Part shown: piece by piece, positions 1-9,685 of the stretch
Position numbering within the stretch: position 1 is the first letter of the stretch
Layout of the letters: each line of letters opens with the position of its first letter
Assembly (NCBI GenBank): GCA_043228905.1
Contig: JBHGNT010000018.1
Location: forward strand, 15,810,001 to 15,874,000
DNA length: 64,000 bases
Direction: 5' to 3'
Origin: Azolla caroliniana
Lineage: Eukaryota > Plantae > Polypodiophyta
Made by a program: the position numbers and the translations under genes
Notes under the pieces: generated by a model
Told to the model about the DNA's origin: nothing
Seen by the model: only the letters and a program-made list of their open reading frames with translations
The model's database searches: none

Positions 1-2
1 AG

Positions 3-2069
3 GTGTTCGGGTGTCTCGCATACGTGCATGTGGCAAAGGACCGGAGAGGAAAGCTAGATCCAAAGACCCGGCCATGCATATTCCTCGGTTACGGCGACGA
101 CGAGTTCGGCTACCGAGTATGGGACCCGGTCGACAAGAAGATATTCAGGAGTCGAGATATCATCTTCATGGAGGACAAGACACTCGCCGACTGGGAGTCG
201 GAGAAGAAGATGAAGAGCTCCAAGTCGACCGGTGAGGATCAACTCTACGAAGAGCAGTCCCGACCGGCAAGGGACCGGTTAGCACTCGAGGATCCGGCCA
301 AAGACGGTGAAGAAACAGAACCGGCCGAAGAAGATGAAAATGATACCGGAACCGGCCCCGATCCCGAAATGGATTCGGATGAAGAAGAATCGGAAGAACC
401 GGTTACTGAAGCTCCGGAACGGAGATATCCTCTAAGAGAGAGAAGGCCCCCCCGGAGATTTCCGGAACCAGAGCACGTGCTGCTAACCGACGAAGGGGAG
501 CCGGAGAGCTTTGAAGAAGCAAAGCATGACACCCAAAGCCGCAGGTGGTTGAGTGCCATGCAGGACGAGATGGATTCCCTGCATGAGAACCACACATATG
601 AACTTGTGGAGTTGCCGAAAGGAAAGCGGGCACTTCGAAACAAGTGGGTGTTCAAGCTGAAACCGGGAGATGCCGGAAACCCCCCGAGATACAAAGCCAG
701 GATCGTGGTGAAGGGGTTTCAGCAGAAGAAGGGCGTCGACTTCGACGAGATATTTGCCCCGGTAGTGAAGATGACCTCCATCCGGACGGTGCTGAGCATA
801 GCGGCAAGCATGGACCTCGAGGTAGAACAGATGGACGTGAAGACGGCATTCCTTCACGGTGACCTCGAAGAAGAGATCTACATGCAGCAACCGGAAGGAT
901 TCGAGAAGAAAGGGAAGGAGCACCTGGTATGCCGGTTGAAGAAGAGCCTTTACGGACTGAAGCAGGCTCCCCGGCAATGGTACTGGAAGTTCGACTCCTT
1001 CATGACCGACGAAGGGTACCTCAAAACGCAGTCCGACCACTGCGTGTTTGTGAAGAAGTTCGAAGGAGGAGACTTTCTAATACTCCTCTTGTACGTGGAC
1101 GACATGTTGATCGTCGGACGAGACCAGGTCAAGATACGGATGCTGAAGAAGGCTCTTCACCGAACCTTCTCAATGAAGGACCTGGGTCCGGCGAGGCAAA
1201 TACTAGGGATGCACATCATCCGGGACCGGAAGAAGAAGCAGTTGTGGCTGTCATAGGAGAAGTACGTGACAAAGGTGCTTCACCGGTTCAACATGTCGGA
1301 AGCAAGACCGGTCGGGTCAACACTCCCGGCAAACTGCAAGCTGTCCAGCAAGCAAAGCCCCAAGACAAAGGCTGAGAAGGAGGCCATGATGAAAGTACCA
1401 TATGCCTCTGCCGTCTGGAGCTTGATGTACGCAATGATGTGTACAAGACCGGACATAGGATATGCAGTCGGAGTGGTGAGCCGGTACATGAGCAATCCCG
1501 GCAAAGAGCATTGGAACGCAGCCAAGTGGATACTCCGATACCTGAAGGGCACGGCAAACGTGTGCCTCCGATTCGGCTCCGGTAAGCCCGAACTCGACGG
1601 CTTCACCGATTCGGATATGTCGGCTGATGCAGATACCAGCCGGTCCACATCAGGGTATGTGATGACGTATGCAGGGGGAGCTGTCTCATGGCAGTCGAGG
1701 CTGCAGAAGACGGTTGCGTTGTCAACCACTGAGGCGGAGTACATGGCGGCTGTTGAAGCCGGCAAGGAAATAATATGGATGAAGGACTTCATTAGAGAGC
1801 TCGGTATCCGGCAGGAGGAGTACCGACTCTACTGCGACAGTCAGAGTGCAATCCACCTTGCGAAGAACGCGGCCTATCACTCCCGGACGAAGCACATCCA
1901 GCGAAGATATCACTGGATCCGGGAAAGGATAGAAGACAAGGAGTTCGTGCTGACGAAGGTCCACACGGACGAGAACGGGTCGGATATGCTGACCAAGGTG
2001 CTCACACCCGACAAGCTGGAAGCATGCCGGAAGAGGATCGGATTGGAAAGACATCCCATGCCGAAGTGA
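3..2069 (+). pseudogene. Copia A pol (INT-RT-RH) with one premature stop
   Basis: ORFs 3-1256 and 1266-2069 are in the same frame. TAG at 1254-1256 corresponds to CAG (SQEKY) in both homologous segments of element B. Confidence 0.93.
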
Positions 2070-2079
2070 AGGGGGAGTT

Positions 2080-2674
2080 TGTTGGGATTACGGTCCCTTC
2101 GGATGGGATGGTCGGATGTCGGAGATGAATGCCGACGAGCCCGGTTTCGGTTTCGGAACCGGATGATGAAGACCCCGGCTTCGGAGCCGGATGACGAATG
2201 TACCCGGAGAGAGATCCGGATGCGGGGACATATCCGTGAATATGTTTGCTACGGGCCCTTGAGGCTATAGTTGTAAATAGCCCCAAAGTCATATGTGTAT
2301 AAATATGACTTAGGGCAAACAGTTTTAATGTTGCTTCTTATTTTTCTGTTTTTCCACTCAAGAGGAGTGAAGAGAGAGCAGCCGTGAGAGAGATAGAGCG
2401 TGAGAGAGGAAGAGGTCGACGCCTCTGTGTATTTCCGCCGCCTGTGGCGAGGACAGCGAGCTCAAGGTCGTCGCCTTGCAGCTCGCCATTGTATACTTCT
2501 CTGTCCATAGTTTTGGTTCGGAGTCTTGTACTCCCGTGGTTTTTCCCGTACAGGGTTTTCCACGTTAAATCGTGTGTCCACTGCATTTCCCATCTTCTGC
2601 AACAACGATTCGTGTGTTTCCTTGGTTGTGGCCGAGAGGTGAAGTTTTGGAAAGTGTCGATTAATTTTCCATCA
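2080..2674 (+). repeat. 3' LTR of Copia A
   Basis: Starts TG right after the PPT and ends CA. U3/R nearly identical to the LTRs at 30246, 34978 and 36576; U5 is different. Confidence 0.9.
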
Positions 2675-4227
2675 CCTCCCTCTCTCTACGCACAGAGTTG
2701 CTGCATCCATGGATATACATATATATATGGTCATGCCTGCTGCACCATGATGGAACGTTTCAATTTCGGAAGGAAGGGAGATGATGGAAGAACAACTGGG
2801 TATAATGCCAAGGAACACAAAGTTCTTGAAGGATCAAATGGACATTGAGAAGGTAAAGTTTAAGAAGAAGTTTGTCATCTCAGAGATGGTAGAAGCAGTC
2901 ACCTTCTGCGTTGAAAACAAAGATGGAGGTCGACCTAAGAAAACATGAAACTTCCATGAAAGCAATGGAAGAGGAAGCCGAGAGAGCTTCTAGGAAACAC
3001 TCTGCCATGATCACTTCGCTACATAAAGCGCTGAGAATGAAGTAATGTGAGGAGGATGAAAGGTTTGTTTCAAATGCCCCTTCCTACACCCCAATAGACA
3101 CACAGACCCAAACTCATTAAACCTTATCAAACTTTACTCCCTCTATTTTATCTCTCTCACTTGCATCATTACTATGGCTTATTCTCCCTCTTTTTCTATC
3201 CATAGCCACACCTAGCTCTCTCTCTACTTCCTCCCCTTTTTCTTATACAATTTAATTATTAATCCATCTCATATTCTCTCCCTATCTCCCTCCCTTCTCT
3301 TTCAGATCAAGCCCATGGATCAACAACCGACAAACGGCAGCAGTTGGACAGACACGACTGCCGAACAGTGCCAGTGGATACGGCTGTTCATCCAAACTGG
3401 CTGTCGACGGAGACAGTGGATACGGCTGGCCGGACAAAAGGTTCGACGACCAGCCTCCGTCGACGAAGAGCCGGACAGAAGGTCCCACAAAGAACGAGAC
3501 AACGAAGAACAAGGATTGTAAGAAGAAACTGAAGCCATGGAAGAGGCAGTGCCTGCTTCAAGAAGGAAATAGAAGGAGAAGAAGAAGAAGACGAAGAGGA
3601 GAAGAACGATGAGGGAGAGGACGAGGATCGAGTAGAAGAACGCAACAAAAGACAGAGAAGAAAGAGAAAGGAAGACAGACAAAGAAGAAGGTACAGAAAG
3701 AGGAGGAGAAGAAACAGAGAGAGGACGACCACAGATAGAAAGAGAGAGAAGAAAACATCAGGGGCATCCGACAAAATTTTCGAAACATAAGGGCAAATAA
3801 GAAGAAATTTCAAAAACCATGAGGACTTCCGAGTGGATTTCAAAAAGTGAAGGGCAGAAAGCAGAATTTCGAAAAATGAAGGGCCAAAAAAAAAAAAAAA
3901 AAAACTTGAGGGTAAAATTTTTTAGAGACCAAGGGTACAAAATACAAAGCTCAATTCACATGATGAAACCGAAAAATACACATACATGTAATAGAATCAT
4001 GAAAGGCCTATGCCGCAATGGAGGAGCCAATTAGTGTGTGATCCAATTGAGCGACATGCTGACCGAACGAGAAGGTTCGAGTCAAGCAATGCTCTGATCG
4101 AAGTTATCGATCGTAGAGCTATGATCCGGTCGATGGATTTTCGACCGTTGAGACGATTGATGAAGTTCCGGTCGTTAATAGTTGCCATGGCGAGTGGGTT
4201 CACTGTGCGATGCATTGTCCCACAGGC

Positions 4228-5964
4228 TGTGACGGATCATAAACTCAAGAGACAACCAAGAAGATAACCAAATGGACAAGAAAGAAGATAGTACTAAAGG
4301 AAAGACTCCATAACTGTTGTTGTTCACCTTGAATTCCTTCAAGGTGAACTCCTCTATTTATACTACATGGCATGCATACTTGTTGCACGCATGTGAATCT
4401 ACAATAGAGCATGTAGATATGCATGCATGTGCCAAGTGTAAATACTACAAGGGAGCAACTATGCACATGATGCTAGCAAAATAATAAGGACCAATTACAT
4501 ACATAACTAGTACTAGATATCTTGGTTAACTCATAATACTAGATTATAACATGGTCGTGTCAAGAGTTCGAATCTTGACATTATCCCCCCTCTTACGCCG
4601 CCTTCCCAAATCGGCCGCTGGTTTGTGGGGATATCGGTGATGAAAATCTTGGACGACCTCTGGGGCATTTTGTAAATTTGCCGATGGTTCCCATGTGGCC
4701 TCAGACATGGGGTAACCCCTCCATAGGATGAGGTATTGCAAGTGTCGACGGTGCCAACGCGAGTCAAGGATTTGGTCGACCTCGTATTCCTCCCCTGTCG
4801 TCAATTGCACAGGTGGTAGTGGTGGGGCTTGACGTCCTGGGAGTTGTGAAGCATAATGGGGTTCGAGGAGGGAGACATGAAAAACATCGTGAATCCGGAA
4901 GTGGGATGGAAGGGCGAGCCGAAAGGCGATGGGATTGATGCACTCGATGATATGGAATGGTCCCAACTTCTTGTAATCAAGTTTCGCACATGGACGAGTA
5001 GTAGAGATGTGTCGACGTAACAACCAGACCATGTCTCCAACGACAAAGTGTGGAGTGGAAGATCGATGGCGATCAGCCTGCTTCTTGTATCGTTCACTAG
5101 CAAGACTAAGCTCCAAGGATAAATCATGATGTACTTCTTCCAAAATGCGGGCACGATCCTCCGCCGAAGGGTTTACGGAAGTGGTAGGAAGGGAAATGTT
5201 GAAGCGAGGATGTAAACCATAGTTGGCAAAGAAGGGAGTGACGCCAGTCGATGCATGGAGAGAATTATTGTAGGCAAATTCCGCGAGCGAAAGTAAGTTG
5301 ACCCAATCATCTTGTTGGTAACTAACCGAGCACCGAAGATACTGCTCAAGGATTTGGTTGACACGCTCCGTTTGCCCGTCAGTTTGGGGGTGATAAGCGG
5401 AGGACAACTTGACAGAGATGCCTAAAGTTTGTAGCAGGCGCTGCCAAAAGTGAGAGATAAACTGGGGTCCGCGATCCGAGATGACATCATCGGGGAGTCC
5501 ATGCAAGCGTACTACATTGTTGAGTAGGAGATGCACCATTCCTTCTCCGGAAATGGTTTTGGAGCATGGAGTGAAGTGAGCCATCTTCGTAAACTGATCG
5601 ACAACGACCAACACCGAGTCATAGCTATTGACCAAGGGTAGATCAGTTATCAGGTCCATAGAGATAGAGGCCCAAGGACGACGAGGACATGGAAGCGACT
5701 GTAGTAAGCCGTATGGCCGATGATGAATGGCTTTGGAGCGAGCACAAACCTCACAACTCTTTATGTATTCTTTGACCAGCTTCCATGGTTGTGGCCACTA
5801 ATACCCTCGAGAGATTAGCTCGAGGGTTTTCGCGACCCCGAAATGACCTGCAAGTGGGTCATCGTGGCATTCCCGCAACACTCGGGTGCGACATGGGCCC
5901 TCTGGGACGTATAAGAGATGATCTCGGAACAACAAACCCTCTTGTATGGGTTCGAATCTTGACA
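4228..5964 (-). mobile_element. Internally deleted Ty3/gypsy chromovirus K (Tcn1-like)
   Basis: TG...CA ends with perfect TSD CAGGC (4223-4227 / 5965-5969). 3' LTR 4228-4580, PPT AAGAGGGGGGATAA next to 4580. Only about 17 bp of the 5' LTR remain, fused to pol upstream of integrase. Confidence 0.9.
4544..5947 (-). pseudogene. Integrase plus chromodomain of K
   Basis: HHCC finger (HDDPLAGH...CEVC), core (SMDLITDLP, SDRGPQF, QTDGQTERVNQ), GPF/Y (KLGPF, HDVFHVSLL), chromodomain EYEVDQIL...YLILWRGY...TWEP. One TGG>TAG stop near 5797-5800; the supplied ORF 4544-5659 is open. Confidence 0.92.
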
Positions 5965-5977
5965 CAGGCGTGCCATG

Positions 5978-6318
5978 TGTTACCCGTAGGAGTTGTACGG
6001 GGCGGTATAATGGTAGAACACATTAAAGGGGTTGTTCGGTATATGTAATGTATATGAGTGTGAGGATGAGTATGTGTGAGCACATGCACAATTATGTGCA
6101 TGTGACAAGAATGTAACGGTCTCTTTTTGTAACGGACATATTTACCGTTACATTATGTACTATAAAAACCCCTTATGGGGGCACATAAGGAAGATAGTTT
6201 TTCCCCCTCTCATTTGGTGTCATTTCCTATTTGTCTTTCTCTCTTGTTCTCTCTCTAACGTAACCCCCTTGGGAGGGGGGTGAAGCCATTCTAGGCTTCA
6301 CCCCCCCACCCAACAACA
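5978..6318 (+). repeat. LTR of element L
   Basis: TGTTACCC...CAACAACA, TATAAAAA near 6161 followed by a CT-rich segment; reverse-complement homolog of 20930-21278 and 23209-23563. Confidence 0.9.
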
Positions 6319-6589
6319 GAGCTCAACTCGCTCTCGTTAGTTTTCTATTTTCTGTTCTTCTGTTCTTACTTCTCTCTACTCTCACTATTCTACTACATAC
6401 TTTTTACCTAAGTTATAAGTCACTTACATATGCAACTAATTAGTTGTCAGTTGCCAAATAGTTGTGCATAGCTAAATAACTGTTTCACCTTTATGACCAC
6501 CAGTAGCTAATTAGCTAATAGCTACCATAACTTATTTCTCAATAAGCATCACATACCTTTGTTGAGCTTGCTTCTCAACAGATATGAGG

Positions 6590-8657
6590 GGGCTCGACAC
6601 GGCATTTTGTCAGCATCAAATTAATCTGCGCAGAGATGTGAAGCCGGTTCAACAACGTCGATATTGTCTAAATCCGAACTACGTAGTGAAAGTAAAAGAA
6701 GAAATCGACAAACTGCTATGAGTTAGCTTCATTCCACCGGTCAAGAAGGCTACTTGGTTGAGTCTGAGTAGTTGTGCCCAAAAAAATGAAAAGATCAAGG
6801 TATATGACGACTATCGGAATCTGACTGCTACAACACTAACGGATGCATTTCCATTACCTTTTACTAATGGCATCGTTGATGCGGTGGCTGGTCATGAAAT
6901 TTATAATTTTCTTGATGTGTTCAGTGGTTATAACCAGTTTCGAATGCATCTTGATGAACAGGAGAAAATAACTTTTGTCATGGAATGGGGTGTTTTTGTA
7001 GCAGTCGTCATGATGTTCAGACTAAAAACAGCTCCAGATACATTCTAGAGGGTCATTATGGAGATTTCGTTGATTATATACTGGCATTTATGTAGGCATT
7101 TTTAGATGATTTCGCGGTATACAATTGGTGAGCCAATGATTTCGAACACCTCCGACTCTAGATCTTGACAAGGTCGACTAAGTTGACCCCACCAAAGTTA
7201 AGGCCATAATGGAGGCACCACCGCCGACAAAAGCTAAGGCTCTGAGTAGATTCTTGGACCAGATTAGATGGCACAGTCAGATGATTCGATATTTAGCCGA
7301 TGTCATAACACCCCTACATGTGGTTGTACACAAAACACCTTTCCAGTGGTCGACAACAGAACAGGATGCGTACAACTGTCTAATGAAAATGCTCACAAAG
7401 GTACCCATTGTACAACCACTTGATTGGGCTAAAGATTTTCATGTTTTTGTAGACGCTTCGGATATTGCAATCGGCAGTGACTACTCAGTTGTCGGGGCCA
7501 AATTGGTACAAGCCTGTTTATTATGCAAGTCGAAAATTATCGACTACTGAGCACAATTATTCGACAACCAAACGAGAGGCTCTCGACATGGTCCACAACA
7601 TTAACAAGTTCCGACATTACCTGTTGGGTCAAAAATTTACTTTCCATGTCGACCATGCCGCCTTACTATACTTTTATGGTTGTCACACGAATCCTTAATG
7701 AAATTGGATGGGTACTGTGCCAGAATGGATTTTTAAATTTCCGTGCCAAATCCCGAGTCTCAAAACAATCATTAACAAGCAAACTAGCAAAGTGGACACT
7801 CCTGTTACAAGAATTTGAATATGATATTATCCATCGTCCAGGGGTAAAACATGCAGTAGCCGACTATCTAAGTCGACTAGAGTCAAGGGAGCCAAGTACA
7901 AGTGTTAAAGATGATTTTCCAAATGCTCAACTGTTCTTAGTCAAAGCAGTAACTTCTACCGAAGTTGATGAAGAAGCTGCCGAGTTATGGATTACGGACA
8001 TGTAAATATTCCTCATTACCGGATTGCCACTTGAAGGAATGCTAGTAGATGAACGAAAACTGTTAGCAGTTCGGAGTCAGATTGTCAACGAAAATCGCAC
8101 AGACTTGGATCAGAAGCTGCATAGTGCTTTATGGGCTTACCGTACCACATACAAAACAATGATCAAGTGGACTCCGTTCCGGATGCCATTCGGATTAGAG
8201 GCAGTCATGCCGATCAAATTTCAAATTCCGAAACTACCGGTACAGGTCACTGAACAACTCGTCGAGAAGCAGTCAAAATAGATTTGGAAGGAACAACTTT
8301 TGTTGTTGGAGGAAAGTCGGTTATATGCAATGTGTCAGTTGGAGCAGAAGCAGAGGAGAACTAAGGCGTTTGTCGATCGACACCGACACAATAAGGAAAA
8401 GTTGTTCGAGGTCGGCAAGCCGACCTTGGTTTTTCAAAAAAAAAAAGGGTGCTATGCTAGGAAAGTTGAGATTTCGATGGATCGGTCCATATTGGATTGT
8501 CAATAGTAACAATGGTATGTACCAAGTCGGCACGTTAACCGGTCAAGTCCTACCTAAGTGGATCAATGGGTTCCGACTCAAGCCATATCGGGGACCGACC
8601 CCGGCAAACCTGTTCAAACAAGGCTCCGAAATTGACAGTCGGCTGACTACCCCGTGA
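6590..8657 (+). pseudogene. Decayed non-chromoviral (Athila-like) Gypsy pol: RT-RH-partial INT
   Basis: DAFPLPF...FLDVFSGYNQ, FHVFVDASDIAIG, PVYYASRKL, FHVDHAAL, HAVADYLSRL, ALWAYRT, GKLRFRWIGPY...NGFRLKPY, spread over frames with stops and deletions. No LTR recognised. Confidence 0.85.
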
Positions 8658-8899
8658 AAGTTGTGGACAAGACATAATTGTAAATATAAAAAAAAAAAAA
8701 AAACAAATTCAAATCTTGGTAGAAAACTAAGGTAACAAAAAATCATTCTTTTTTTTGCGAAATAAAATATGCTTCATTAGTAAAATTCTGCATACATGAC
8801 AATCTGAATAGGCTAACAACATTACAATGGCTCTAGCCATGACGACCTATGAAAACAACAAATAATACAATCTAAGATTATTTCCACCTTCTCACACAA

Positions 8900-9140
8900 C
8901 ATTTTTGCAAAAACTTCAAGGCACCAAACTATTACCAATGTTTGCATAGCATGTAATCAATGCATTCAATGGTGCCCTACTTGTTATACGCATGGTTCAT
9001 TTCCCCCCCCACATCAAACTCATATCAACCAACATCCATGTCCTATATGCCCGGTCATCATTGCATTCCATGAAACCACCTATGTAGTTAGAAGCTTGTG
9101 GAACACATCTCCTGCTTCAACAAGGCGACGACCATGATCA
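8900..9140 (-). pseudogene. Relic of a PLS-class pentatricopeptide repeat (PPR) gene
   Basis: Manual minus-strand translation of about 9133-9036 gives GRRLVEAGDVFHKLLTT*VVSWNAMMTGHIGHG, then LNALITCYANIG. This resembles the PLS-PPR pattern G.LEEAR.VFDK...DVVSWNAMI.GY..HG. Confidence 0.55.
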
Positions 9141-9290
9141 TGAGAGTTCCATTTCCATCTTTCATAAAATAGTGTGTTACACCTTCCATTTCTAAAGTCT
9201 ACTCTTTTCTCTGTAGCTTCTGCATCAGAATTCCAATGAATCCTCCTAATTTCTTGCATCTTATGAAAGTTGGTTCGTAAACATGAACTC

Positions 9291-9685
9291 TGTAAAAAGA
9301 AGCGTGCGGAAGCAGGTATGAAGACCGAACAGAAGGAAGGAAACTCAGGTTCAATGGAGAGCTTGAGCTTAAACGGTATACGCAGGAGAGATAGAGAGAG
9401 TGAGAGAGAAGACAGAAAAATATATATTCAACAATAATACTAAGTTTGTACATAAGACGTGCTCAGTGAACACTTTTATACAAGTCCTAGAAGGATTGAC
9501 CAAAGTACTGACAGTACTTCAATGCTCATCAAGAGCTCCTACACTAACTCCCAAATATATTCCTCACGGAATATCTTTCCTAACGACCTCCCGGTTTATG
9601 TACTCGGCCTAACCGATCGGTCCCAACCGATCTGGTCCTCGGCTTCTTCAGCCGATCCGGCCGATGTTGAGCTTGTCTCTCAACA
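9291..9685 (-). repeat. 3' LTR of F
   Basis: TG...CA ends; direct repeat of 14567-14961; PPT adjacent. Confidence 0.95.

Larger units (their letters stand above)
1..2674 (+). mobile_element. Ty1/copia LTR retrotransposon A (Tork/Tto1-like), 3' part; 5' end lies outside the window
   Basis: Integrase C-terminus (GKLDPK), RT (QMDVKTAFLHG, LYGLKQAPRQW, LLYVDDM), RNase H (TDSD, EAEY, YCDSQSA, TKHI, KVHTDENGSDMLTK), PPT AAGTGAAGGGGGAG at 2064-2077, LTR TGTTGGG...CCATCA. Confidence 0.95.
2675..6318 (+). mobile_element. Non-coding LTR element L (LARD/TRIM-like, family of J), 3' part, interrupted by K
   Basis: About 3850-4227 is the reverse-complement homolog of J 21281-21650. LTR 5978-6318 matches the J LTRs. 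No recognisable protein domain. Left boundary is uncertain. Confidence 0.75.

Noticed and set aside
3282-3843. Hydrophobic or Ser/Phe/Leu-rich ORFs suggesting membrane or env proteins (also 21299-22316)
   Set aside because: They are translations of GAA/CTT low-complexity tracts, and the frames are not conserved between L and J.
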